Assembly: GCF_026626745.1 (NCBI RefSeq) | Contig: NZ_JAPNJW010000001.1 | Span: 844,311 to 908,310 of the forward strand | DNA length: 64,000 bases | Direction of reading: 5' to 3' | DNA from: Nannocystis sp. RBIL2 | GTDB taxonomy: Bacteria > Myxococcota_A > Polyangia > Nannocystales > Nannocystaceae | Shown: one piece after another, positions 32,233 through 40,878 of the stretch | Layout: the number at the start of each line of letters is the position of its first letter | Numbering within the stretch: position 1 is the first letter of the stretch | The notes under the pieces: model-generated | Databases searched by the model: none | What the model was told of the DNA's origin: nothing | Seen by the model: the letters and a program-made list of their open reading frames with translations, nothing else | Translations under genes and position numbers: made by a program

Positions 32233-32482
32233 GGTTGGTTCCTCGTGCTGATGGATGAATCAGCGGTGACTCGTGCGTGCCGTGAACAATGCTCACAGTC
32301 GCGCCCGTAAGCGTATGCGGCCAGTGTACGCGTCACGGGCCGCTGCGTCGTCGCAACGGTGCGAGCCCCGTTCGCACCGCTGCAACTCTCCAAGCGCGCC
32401 GCGCACTGCCCTCGCGCGCGCCCGCCTCGTCACCGTGGATATTCGCCGGGCGGCATGCACGGGCTTGTTGCGCCGCGGCGAT

Positions 32483-33109
32483 CTACCAGCGACTCGGGAC
32501 CGCCGGGCCGATCATCGCATGGAGCTCGTGGCGCGCGCAGGACCGCAGCCCGCCGGCGACGAGCGCGGCCGCCTCGACGCCCATCGGCGGCACGACGAGC
32601 ACGTCCGAGAGCCGCTCGCGCAGCTTCAGCACCGTCTCGGCGCCGCCCTCGACCGTGCAACCGCGGCCGAGGTCGAGCAGCTTCAGGCGGGTCGTCACCG
32701 GCGAGGCGAGCAGCGTAGCGAAGTCGTCGCGCGCGAACGCCACGCCCGAGAGCGTGAGATGCTCGAGCTTGATGTCGTCGCGCTCGAACAGCGCGGCGAT
32801 CCGGCCAAACGTCGCCAGGTCCGGATCTCTGCCGTCCATGTTGTTCAGCCGGATCCGCGCCGCCACCAGCGACGGCAACACGCTGGTCGCCAGCACCTCC
32901 CGCGCGACCGCGGCCGGGAAGGCGCCGTGCTCGAGCCACAGCTCGCGCAATCGCGGCGCGCGGATCGGCGCGAGCTGCGAGCCATCGCCGACGAGCACCA
33001 AGCGATCGAGCGTCTCCAGCGTCGCGGCGAGCCCGGCCGCCGTCCCCAGATGCGCGTCGATCGAACGGTCCGAGTAGCCGCCGAAAGTCAGGCTGCGCAG
33101 CGCCGGCAA
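32483..33109 (-). CDS. Hypothetical leucine-rich-repeat-like protein.
   Basis: Repeated L..L.L motifs (LRELWLEH, LEHLTLSGV, LKLLDLGRG). Protein-like composition, unlike the overlapping Arg-rich frames. Confidence 0.4.
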   Translation of the reverse strand: MPALRSLTFGGYSDRSIDAHLGTAAGLAATLETLDRLVLVGDGSQLAPIRAPRLRELWLEHGAFPAAVAREVLATSVLPSLVAARIRLNNMDGRDPDLATFGRIAALFERDDIKLEHLTLSGVAFARDDFATLLASPVTTRLKLLDLGRGCTVEGGAETVLKLRERLSDVLVVPPMGVEAAALVAGGLRSCARHELHAMIGPAVPSRW

Positions 33110-33133
33110 GGGTCGCCCGGCCAGGGCGTCGAA

Positions 33134-33334
33134 TCACGGGCGATAGTCGTCCCGCAGCGTATCGGCGGTCATCCAGTGCTCGATCCACAGCTCGCCGGTC
33201 GCATCGAGCTCGGGCCGCGCCAGCAGCGACGGCAAGTCGACCTCGTCGGCGAAGATGCAATTGACGTGGATCTCCCGCCAGCCGTCCTGCTCGTCGATGA
33301 TCTCGGACCACGAATGGTCGGTGTCGATCGTCAT
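33134..33334 (-). CDS. Small hypothetical acidic protein (66 aa), immediately upstream of the LRR-like ORF.
   Basis: ATG at 33334. Product MTIDTDHSWSEIIDEQDGWREIHVNCIFADEVDLPSLLARPELDATGELWIEHWMTADTLRDDYRP. It could alternatively be the frameshifted N-terminus of the LRR protein. Confidence 0.3.
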   Translation of the reverse strand: MTIDTDHSWSEIIDEQDGWREIHVNCIFADEVDLPSLLARPELDATGELWIEHWMTADTLRDDYRP

Positions 33335-33465
33335 GGCGTCCCCGGTGCGGAGGATACCCTGCGAGCCGCAGCCGCGACACCATCGATCGCGCGGCGCGGC
33401 CGCACGGCAGCCGCGACGCCGAGAGCTCGCCGAGGTCAGCTCGGCGCTCTCGCTCTCTGCCGGAC

Positions 33466-34053
33466 TCACTCCTCGAGCTTGAAGAGCTGCAGGACGGGCA
33501 CCCCGACGTGGCCCATGTCGCCGACCGTGATCCGCGACGCCCGCACGTAGCCCGACTTCAGGCCGTCGCAGAACTCGCCGCCCGGGAAGACCTCGTAGAC
33601 GTTGTCCGCGACGTAGCCGTAGCCGAAGCCCATCCCGCTGCCGCTCGCGAACTTCTCGATCGTGCACACCAGGTCTTGCAGGGCCTGGTCCGAATACACC
33701 TCGAGCTTGGCGAACGCGACGTACTCCCACGTCAGCGCCGCGCCGTCGGCGAGGCACGGCGCCTCGATCGGCGCGGTGGCCACGTCGAGCTCGAGGTCGA
33801 ACGCCCCGTCCTTGTGCTGGTACACGATCGCCGGCGAGTCCGGCAGACCGGTGAGCAGGTAGCGCTGCCCCTCCTCGACGCTGAGCGCGACGCCGCCGCT
33901 CAGGTTGAGGAACTCGTGGCTGCCCGTGAAGGTGGCGATGCAGTAGCCCTCGAGCTCGTCGCTGACCTGACCGTTGTTGCTGTCGGCTCCACCATCGCCG
34001 CCTTCGCAGGCAGCGAGCGCGAGGGCACATACGAGCGTTTTGAGTCCACGCAT
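33466..34053 (-). CDS. Lipoprotein of unknown function.
   Basis: The N-terminus MRGLKTLVCALALAACEGG has lipobox LAAC. The mature protein has beta-rich composition. Confidence 0.55.
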   Translation of the reverse strand: MRGLKTLVCALALAACEGGDGGADSNNGQVSDELEGYCIATFTGSHEFLNLSGGVALSVEEGQRYLLTGLPDSPAIVYQHKDGAFDLELDVATAPIEAPCLADGAALTWEYVAFAKLEVYSDQALQDLVCTIEKFASGSGMGFGYGYVADNVYEVFPGGEFCDGLKSGYVRASRITVGDMGHVGVPVLQLFKLEE

Positions 34054-34179
34054 GGGTCTCTCCTCGGAGGGACCCTCAGAGTGCACCGCCCGCGCGACAC
34101 GGCTGAAGGTCCACGGGTGCGGGTCCTTGCGCCACCGGCCTCGACCGTTGCCGGAAGGGGACGAGGGCGCCCGATCGCT

Positions 34180-35637
34180 TCAGAGCTTGATCGCCCACAG
34201 CTTGGCGTTGGCCTTCGGCAGGAACAGCACGACGCCCCAGTCGTCGATGTAGGTCAGGTCGTACGTCAGCGCCGGCGCGGGCATCGTCGAGACCGGGCGC
34301 TGGTCTCTCTCGGCCGTCAGCACGTACGGATCCTCCTGCGTGCCGGAGCCGCTCGCGGGCTCGAGATCGAGGCGGAAGAACGCGTCGCTATCGGCGTCCA
34401 CGCTGTAGTTCCAGAAGTTCAGCCGGGTCCCGTCGAAGAAGACCACCACGCTCTCCTGGGTCGGCGCGCCGTCGGGCCAGCTCGGCAGATCACCGGTGAG
34501 CGTCAGGTGCTCGACCGCGAGCGTCGCCTTGTCGATGCGCCAGCCGCGAGTCGAGGTCGCCATGTCGTCGGCGACCGTCGGCGTGAACAGGTAGACGTGT
34601 GACCCGCCGACCACGATCGACGAGCTGCCGTTCACGTCCCACGGGGCGTTCACGACCTCCTCGATCGTGTGCGTCGCGGGTTCGATCACGAGCACGCGGG
34701 TGCGCCAGTTCAGGCCGGCATCGCCGGAGACCAGGGTCGTCCACGCCTTGCCGGTCTCCGGATCGTTGGCGGTGTGCGTACCCGACTGGAGCACCGCTTC
34801 GCCGTAGTTGGGATCGAACTGCACGAGCTGCGGTCCGTACGTGTCCTTGTCGAGGTAGGTCCACGTCCCGCTCACCACGTCGGCGTCGCGCACGGGGCCG
34901 TAATGCAGGACCAGCTTGCCGTCGACGAAGCTCATCGCCGAATAGGTGTGGCTCGACTGGGGCGCGGCGAACGGCGCCGCGAAGGGCGTATCGGCGGGGT
35001 CCATCAGCGTCTCCGCGCTCTGGAAGAACCCGTTCGACGCCCCGGACGGATAGACGATGGCAGAGTTCGGCGCGGTATAGGCCGGCGGATACGCGGAGGG
35101 CGGCGTCGGCGGCACCGCGATGCTGTACTGCAACGTCTTTGCATCGAGCTTGAAGACGGCGTTGATGCTGCCATCGAAGTGGCCGCCGCCGAACATGTAG
35201 AACGCCTTGCCCGCGTGATCGAAGATCGGGTTGCAGTACGCGTCGCGCACTGCTCCGATGGGCGCCGAGCCGAAGTAGCCGGTCGCGGGCTCGAGGTTCG
35301 CCGCCGCCCACTGCTCGAACGGCTCGGAGGCCGTGAGCTCGAACCAGCCGCCGCCCGCAGGCACCTCCGAGACCCAGTCCGGCGCGGATTCGTCGCCCGT
35401 CGTGGTGGGCGAGGAAGTGCTCGAGTCGCTCGTGCTAGTGCTCGTGCTCGTTTCATCGCTCGTCGTCGCGGGCGAGGACGTGCCCTGGCTGCTCGAGCTC
35501 GTGTCGCCTCCTCCCGTCGTCGACGACGACGACGTCGTGCTGCCTCCGCCTGTTTCGGTGCTCGTGCCTCCGTCGCTGCCGCACGCGGTGAACAGCGCAG
35601 CGGCCCATACCATCCCCAACCCAAGTAAATGTCTCAT
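34180..35637 (-). CDS. Lipoprotein with a Ser/Thr-rich linker and a C-terminal beta-propeller-like domain.
   Basis: ATG at 35637 (MRHLLGLGMVWAAALFTACGS, lipobox FTAC). A run of about 60 aa of S/T low complexity follows. Confidence 0.6.
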   Translation of the reverse strand: MRHLLGLGMVWAAALFTACGSDGGTSTETGGGSTTSSSSTTGGGDTSSSSQGTSSPATTSDETSTSTSTSDSSTSSPTTTGDESAPDWVSEVPAGGGWFELTASEPFEQWAAANLEPATGYFGSAPIGAVRDAYCNPIFDHAGKAFYMFGGGHFDGSINAVFKLDAKTLQYSIAVPPTPPSAYPPAYTAPNSAIVYPSGASNGFFQSAETLMDPADTPFAAPFAAPQSSHTYSAMSFVDGKLVLHYGPVRDADVVSGTWTYLDKDTYGPQLVQFDPNYGEAVLQSGTHTANDPETGKAWTTLVSGDAGLNWRTRVLVIEPATHTIEEVVNAPWDVNGSSSIVVGGSHVYLFTPTVADDMATSTRGWRIDKATLAVEHLTLTGDLPSWPDGAPTQESVVVFFDGTRLNFWNYSVDADSDAFFRLDLEPASGSGTQEDPYVLTAERDQRPVSTMPAPALTYDLTYIDDWGVVLFLPKANAKLWAIKL

Positions 35638-35906
35638 CCGTCTTCGCTCTCCAGGAGCGGCGGGACTTATACCCGATCCCGCCGACGCCTCGATCCACGT
35701 CGAAATGGAAGGAAGCGCTCCGCGCGATGTAGCGAGGGGCTGCAACGCTCCCCGCACGGGTCACGCGCAGCGTGCGCATGACACTCCCGGCGCCTGCGGT
35801 GCATGCAATGCTCTACCGCCATTGCCTCGGGCGACTATCACCACCGGCGGTATACCTGCCGATACTTCGCGCCGCCGCGCCCCGGGTCTGTGATAGCCTC
35901 CCGCGC

Positions 35907-37451
35907 ATGCGCAGCCTACTTATGCTCCTCGCCAACGCCAGCGCCCTGTCCCTCGCGTGTGGCCCTTCGACCTCGACCAGCGACGCCACCACCGACGGCG
36001 GCACCCAGACCACCACCGACGGCACCACCGATCCCGGCGAGACCACGACCACCACCACCACCACCCTCACCCCGACCTCCACGACCACGCTCGACGAGCC
36101 GACCACCACGTCCACCACGACCGTCGATCCGCCGCCGCCCGCGTGCGACGTCGAGGTCTTCCCGGGCGACCACGCCGCTGCCGTCTGTCCCTCCGGGATG
36201 TGCCCGATCTCCGCCGACGTCGAGCTTCGATGCGGCGACCTCGAATTCGGCAGCCCTGGCGTCCGCGTCGCTCCCACGCCCGACGTCACATGGGTCGCCA
36301 CCGCGAGCGGCTCCGACAGCATGCTCTTCCGCGTCACGACCGACTCGGCCCAGCGAGTCACGCTGCCGGCCCGCTTCGCGCGCAGCACGATTCACCTCGC
36401 CGCCGGCCCCGGCGGCGATCTGCACGTCGCCGCCGAGGTCCAGGGCACGCTCGATCCCGGCGACTCGGACATCGCCTACGTCGCCGAGGCTCATGATTGG
36501 GCCGAGGAGACCGCCCACGTGGGCATCGCCGGCGAGCCGCTGGCCGGGTTCCAGGTCCTACCCGACGGCCGGCCGCACATCTGGCACTTCGGCGAGGGGC
36601 CCGAGGATTTCCGCGAGCTCGTCCGCGACGACCAGGGCACATGGACCAGCACGCCCGTCGCCTTCCCGACCGGCGGCTATGGCACGCCCAAGTTCGGACG
36701 CGACGCGAAGGGGCGCCTCCTCGCCGCCGACATGCGTCAGGACGACACTTTGTACTGGCTCGACGTCGAGGTCGACGGCGCCGTGCAGCGCCTCGGCAAG
36801 AACTTCAACTCGTCCGACAGCCAGCACTACTTCCTGGCCCCGAGCGCGCAGCCGACCCCGCCGGTCGGGGCTCCGTTCGCCGCGCTCATCCAGGACGACG
36901 CTCTCCTCGAGGTCGCCTGGCCGATCGACGACGAGACCAGCGCCGCCGCCCAGATCCCCGGCTTCGGCCTGCTCGAGGGCCAGTGCGAGGGTTCCGTGTT
37001 CCCCGAGGACGACGACACGTGCCCGGCGTCGTGCAGCGCCACGGCCACCGGCTTCGAGGACCAAACCGCCACCCTCGCCCGCACGCCGGACGGCCTCGCC
37101 TGGGCCGTCGTGATCACCACCCAGCTCGACACCACCTACGAGTACACCCTCGATTGCCAGGACCGCATCGGCTGCTTCTGCCAGCCCTCGGTGGTCAGCG
37201 ACGCCACCACCTCGACGCTGCACCTGTTCCGCGTGGCCATGGACGGCACCGACCCGCTCGAGGTCCTCACCCTGCCCATCCCCCGGCTGGCGACGTTCGA
37301 CGCCTGGGGGGAGTTCGGCGACACCCTCGTCGCCACGCACGCGCAGGCGTACGGCAGCTCGCTGGCGGTTGGCCTGCGCCTGCACGGCGCCCTCCCGGGC
37401 GAGATCGTCGTCCGCGCGCTCCGCATCGAGCTCGACGGCCTCGCGCCCTGA
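35907..37451 (+). CDS. Lipoprotein with a Thr-rich linker. Unknown function.
   Basis: ATG at 35907 (MRSLLMLLANASALSLACGP, lipobox LSLAC). The TTTTTT linker is followed by a Cys-containing globular domain. Confidence 0.6.
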   Translation: MRSLLMLLANASALSLACGPSTSTSDATTDGGTQTTTDGTTDPGETTTTTTTTLTPTSTTTLDEPTTTSTTTVDPPPPACDVEVFPGDHAAAVCPSGMCPISADVELRCGDLEFGSPGVRVAPTPDVTWVATASGSDSMLFRVTTDSAQRVTLPARFARSTIHLAAGPGGDLHVAAEVQGTLDPGDSDIAYVAEAHDWAEETAHVGIAGEPLAGFQVLPDGRPHIWHFGEGPEDFRELVRDDQGTWTSTPVAFPTGGYGTPKFGRDAKGRLLAADMRQDDTLYWLDVEVDGAVQRLGKNFNSSDSQHYFLAPSAQPTPPVGAPFAALIQDDALLEVAWPIDDETSAAAQIPGFGLLEGQCEGSVFPEDDDTCPASCSATATGFEDQTATLARTPDGLAWAVVITTQLDTTYEYTLDCQDRIGCFCQPSVVSDATTSTLHLFRVAMDGTDPLEVLTLPIPRLATFDAWGEFGDTLVATHAQAYGSSLAVGLRLHGALPGEIVVRALRIELDGLAP

Positions 37452-37491
37452 GGCGCGCGGCGAACAGCCCCGGGCCTTGCGAGAAGGCGCC

Positions 37492-37860
37492 TCAGCAGGT
37501 CACCTCCCACAGGTGACCGTCGGCGTCGTGAAAATAGACGCGGCCCGCACCACCGAGGAAGTCCTCGGTCCGGTGATTGCGGGTGTCGTCATGATCGTTG
37601 CCGAACGCGACCCCCCGCGCGCGCAGGCGGTCGACGATGCTTTCGAAGCGAGCAGCGTCGACGCGGAAAGCGACGTGTGAGAAGCGCGGCTCGCTCGCCG
37701 GCGAGAACAGGACGAACACGCCGTGGTCGAGGTCGATGCGGAACATGTCGTCGTCCTCGCCCTCGGGCACGGGCCCCGCGAGGCCGAGGATGTCGGCCAG
37801 GAATCGCGCCGAGGCGGCGACGTCGCGCGCCTCGACGGCCAGGTGGTCGAGCTGAATCAT
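37492..37860 (-). CDS. VOC-family (glyoxalase/bleomycin-resistance fold) protein.
   Basis: MIQLDHLAVEARDVAASARFLADILGL ... HVAFRVD matches the VOC family. The start overlaps the MarR gene stop as ATGA. Confidence 0.75.
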   Translation of the reverse strand: MIQLDHLAVEARDVAASARFLADILGLAGPVPEGEDDDMFRIDLDHGVFVLFSPASEPRFSHVAFRVDAARFESIVDRLRARGVAFGNDHDDTRNHRTEDFLGGAGRVYFHDADGHLWEVTC

Positions 37861-38354
37861 CGCGGTTCTCCTCCGGACGGGTCGGCGTCGAGCTCGGTCA
37901 GCGCTCGCTCGAGCGCCGCGACGAGCCGCTGCTGCGTGGCCGGCGACAGGGCAGCCGCGCCGGCCGAGAACTCCTGCGAGCGGACCGCCTGCAGCTCGCG
38001 GAGGAACCGTCGCGCCTTCGGCGTGACCTCGATCGTCTTGCGTCGGCGATCGGCCGGGTCTTCGGTGCGCCGGAGCATGCCGAGCCGCGCCAGCCGCTCG
38101 AGCATCTGGCTGATCGAGGGCAGCGACAGGTTCATCGTCGCCGCCAGGCTGGTCGGGGTGCTGCCGGGCCGGGCCAGCGCGTGGTTCACGAGGATCGCCT
38201 GGTCGACGGTGACCGACGACCGGGTCAAGAACGCCAGCGCGCGCCCGCGAGGATGGGCGACCCGGTTCATGAACGCCTCGATCAGGCCGCCCAGGCGGGC
38301 ATTGACAGGGTCGTCGGGGCTGCGGACCATAGTTTGCGTGAGCAAATGGTTCAT
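37857..38354 (-). CDS. MarR-family transcriptional regulator.
   Basis: The winged-helix signature is TSLAATMNLSLPSISQMLERLARLGMLRRTEDPADRRRKTIEVTPKARRF. Confidence 0.8.
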   Translation of the reverse strand: MNHLLTQTMVRSPDDPVNARLGGLIEAFMNRVAHPRGRALAFLTRSSVTVDQAILVNHALARPGSTPTSLAATMNLSLPSISQMLERLARLGMLRRTEDPADRRRKTIEVTPKARRFLRELQAVRSQEFSAGAAALSPATQQRLVAALERALTELDADPSGGEPR

Positions 38355-38432
38355 CCGCGTGAACCATTTGTCAAGCCGAAGGACCCCACGGCGGCCGCGA
38401 CCGGGGCGGACCCGCGCGACCGCCGGTCAGCC

Positions 38433-39209
38433 TCAGCGCGTCTCCACCGCGACGCCGCGGACGAACAGGGCGGCGAGGACCAGCGCGTTGTCCCCGAACG
38501 TCAGCACGGACGGGTTCGTCCCCTCGACGAACGCAGTGCGCAGCAGGGCGAACGAGCCGAGCGCGGGCATGTCGAGCAGGGGCCGCAGATCGAGCGCCTG
38601 CGGATCGCCGTGCAGCCGGAGCGTGGCCAGCTCCGGCAGCGCGCGCAGCCAGGCGAGGTCGGCGACGTTCTCGGCGTGCCGCAGATCCAGCGTCTGCAGC
38701 CCGCGCGCCGCGGCCAGCGGGGAGAGGTCGACAGGCACGCGGCAGTCCAGCGACGCCGCGGTCAGGTGGGCGCAACGCGCCACGACCGCGAGGTCGGCCT
38801 GGCGGTGGACCTCGACGAACAGCTCCGCGAGCGCGGGCAAGCGATCGAGGCCGGACAGATCGGTGACGTCGAACTCGTCGCTCTCGCCGTCGAATTGCGG
38901 CCAGATCACGAACACGAGGTCCGCAGTCGGGTCCGTGGGCAACCGCGTCACCTTCGCCAGCATCGCCTCGTCGACCGGCGTGTCGTCGATGTACGCCGCG
39001 ATGTCCTCGTTGAAGCGATGGCCGTCTTCCGCCCACGCGTCGTACGGCTCGCCGCGGACCGCCGGGTAGGCCGCCTCGGCGGTGATCGGCTCGACCTCAC
39101 CGACGTCGATCAATTGCTGCAACACCATGAGGCGAAGGATCCGGTCGGGCATCCATTCGCGGAGCACGTTCGTCCCGGCGCGCCGGCCCGACTCGGATGG
39201 GGTCGTCAT
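38433..39209 (-). CDS. Hypothetical LRR-like protein (258 aa).
   Basis: ATG at 39209 (MTTPSESGRRAG). C-terminal repeats LQTLDLRHAENVADLAWLRALPELATLRLHGD. Its 5' end lies within the conserved element described below. Confidence 0.5.
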   Translation of the reverse strand: MTTPSESGRRAGTNVLREWMPDRILRLMVLQQLIDVGEVEPITAEAAYPAVRGEPYDAWAEDGHRFNEDIAAYIDDTPVDEAMLAKVTRLPTDPTADLVFVIWPQFDGESDEFDVTDLSGLDRLPALAELFVEVHRQADLAVVARCAHLTAASLDCRVPVDLSPLAAARGLQTLDLRHAENVADLAWLRALPELATLRLHGDPQALDLRPLLDMPALGSFALLRTAFVEGTNPSVLTFGDNALVLAALFVRGVAVETR

Positions 39210-39250
39210 CGCCGCGATATACCACGACGACCGGACCGAGCCGCGGCGCG
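39192..39250 (-). promoter_or_regulatory. Conserved 5' element, copy A: GGTCGTCGTGGTATATCGCGGCGATGACGACCCCATCCGAGTCGG. It has a TATAT box and an ATG encoding MTTPSES.
   Basis: About 45/50 nt are identical to copy B at 59682..59730, in the same orientation relative to the downstream gene. Confidence 0.5.
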
Positions 39251-39253
39251 GGC

Positions 39254-40237
39254 CTAGATCGCGCGCGAATACGACTTGCCGAGCTGCCGCAGGGCGTATT
39301 CGACGCTGGCCTGGAGCGTCCCGCAGGTCACGATGCCGGTCAGCGCATCGCCGAAAGACATCAGGTCCCGGGCGACCTCCGCACGCACGCCGCTCAGGAT
39401 CGGGAGCACGCCGAGCAGCCGCAGCGCCTGGGCGGTGCTGGTGAGGAGCGCGGCGCCGTGGACGTCGAGCGACGGGACGCCGGTGATGTCGATGATCGTG
39501 ACCCGCGCGGCGGACGACCCCTGCAGCGCCACCTCGAGGATCCGCGCGCGGCGGCTCTCGTCGAGCGTGCCGATCAGCGGCATGACCAGGATGTCGTCGG
39601 TGATCGGGATCAGCGGCGCGCTGCGCTCGGCCAGCGCGGCCTGCAGGCGATCGACGATCACCATGTTCTCGAGCAACAGCGCCGCGTTGCGCGAGAGGAT
39701 CTGGTAGATCCGCTGCTCCCGCGGGCCGAGCGGCACCTCGCAGCTCCACTGTATCGAGAACACGCCGACGACGCGGCCGCGCAGGGTCAACGCGATCATC
39801 AGCGCCGCCTTGATGCCGGCGGCCGCCCACATGTCGCGCAGGACCGGATCGATCCGCGGATCGGTCGCGGCAGATCCGACGAGCACCGGCACGCCCGGCT
39901 GCTCGAGCCAGACCCGTGAGAACGGCATGTCGGGGAGGTGGTAGCGGCCGCCGACGTGGGCCCGCGCCGGCCGCACCGCTGCTGGCCGGACCACCGCGAC
40001 CGAGAGCCACTCCGGCTTGTCGGCGGCGTCGTGCTCGACGGTGCAGAGCACCACCTCGGCCTCGTCGCGCCGCGGCGCCGCCAGGAGGAATGCCTGCAGC
40101 GTGGCTTCGCGGACCGTCGCCTCGTTCAGCTGCTCGGTCACTGCCAGGAGGACGGACCAATCATCCGCCAGCGCCGTCGCCGACGCGTCCTCGGGGCCAC
40201 TCGAACGCTCGTCCATGCTGGGGCCAGAATAACCCAT
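39254..40237 (-). CDS. GAF-domain / STAS-domain protein (RsbR-like anti-sigma-factor antagonist).
   Basis: The C-terminal STAS is ILVMPLIGTLDESRRARILEVALQGSSAARVTIIDITGVPSLD. A GAF-like region precedes it. Start at ATG 40237 or 40216. Confidence 0.65.
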   Translation of the reverse strand: MGYSGPSMDERSSGPEDASATALADDWSVLLAVTEQLNEATVREATLQAFLLAAPRRDEAEVVLCTVEHDAADKPEWLSVAVVRPAAVRPARAHVGGRYHLPDMPFSRVWLEQPGVPVLVGSAATDPRIDPVLRDMWAAAGIKAALMIALTLRGRVVGVFSIQWSCEVPLGPREQRIYQILSRNAALLLENMVIVDRLQAALAERSAPLIPITDDILVMPLIGTLDESRRARILEVALQGSSAARVTIIDITGVPSLDVHGAALLTSTAQALRLLGVLPILSGVRAEVARDLMSFGDALTGIVTCGTLQASVEYALRQLGKSYSRAI

Positions 40238-40466
40238 CGCCAGAAAATGTTTTCCTGAATGCGCCACAACGCGCAACGCGCTCGTCGGCCCCTGCAGGCG
40301 CCCTGCGAGCGGGATTGGTCGACATCGTTCCCTCGGCGCCGGGAGACGTCGGGCTCTGCGTCGGCCCGAAGACCACATTGCGCGCACGGCGCTTCCGAAG
40401 TAGGGAGAGCGTCGACTGCGCATACCCGACAGCCAGTGCGGGACTTCGGCGTGTGATCGCAGGCGC

Positions 40467-40820
40467 ATGGCGCTGCGCTCGCAGGAACACTCCACGCCCA
40501 TGCTCGGCGTGATGCTCGCCAGCTCGCTGCTGGTGATGCTCGTGCTCGGCGGATTGGCAGCCGCGGAGCGAAATTGGGTGTTCGGGACTCTCGCGGCCGT
40601 CGCGGCGATCGGCGCGGCCTCTCTGGCGAGGCTCAGGCTGCGACTCGCAGCGCGACGAACACGGGAGCCGCTCGAGTCGAGCGCCGGCACGGCCGCGCCC
40701 GCGAGCGCGCCGCGGGCCTTCGTGACCGAGGCCAGCCAATCGATCGGCGCGCGCGCCCGCGACGGAATCGTCGTCACGAGGTGCCGCCGGGCTGTGACCG
40801 ACATGTCACCGCATTCATGA
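40467..40820 (+). CDS. Possible small two-TM membrane protein.
   Basis: Hydrophobic helices MLGVMLASSLLVMLVLGGLAAA and VFGTLAAVAAIGAASLA. It lies in a 640-bp divergent intergenic region. Weak call. Confidence 0.2.
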   Translation: MALRSQEHSTPMLGVMLASSLLVMLVLGGLAAAERNWVFGTLAAVAAIGAASLARLRLRLAARRTREPLESSAGTAAPASAPRAFVTEASQSIGARARDGIVVTRCRRAVTDMSPHS

Positions 40821-40878
40821 TCGAGAATACCTAGGATGCCCGGCGCGGGCCTGTCCGGCCCGATGGTCGCGTCATCCC

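Noticed and set aside
28375-38367. ORFs 28375..30120(-), 28377..29894(+), 30167..30928(-), 30872..32083(+), 31023..31952(-), 32273..33550(+), 32430..33383(-), 33134..34030(-) upstream part, 33508..34602(+), 34490..35311(-), 34669..35628(+), 35916..36518(-), 35803..37113(+), 36497..37516(+), 36558..37385(-), 37677..39257(+), 37492..38367(-) upstream part.
   Set aside because: They overlap better-supported genes in alternate frames. Translations are Arg/Pro/Gly-rich with no motifs.
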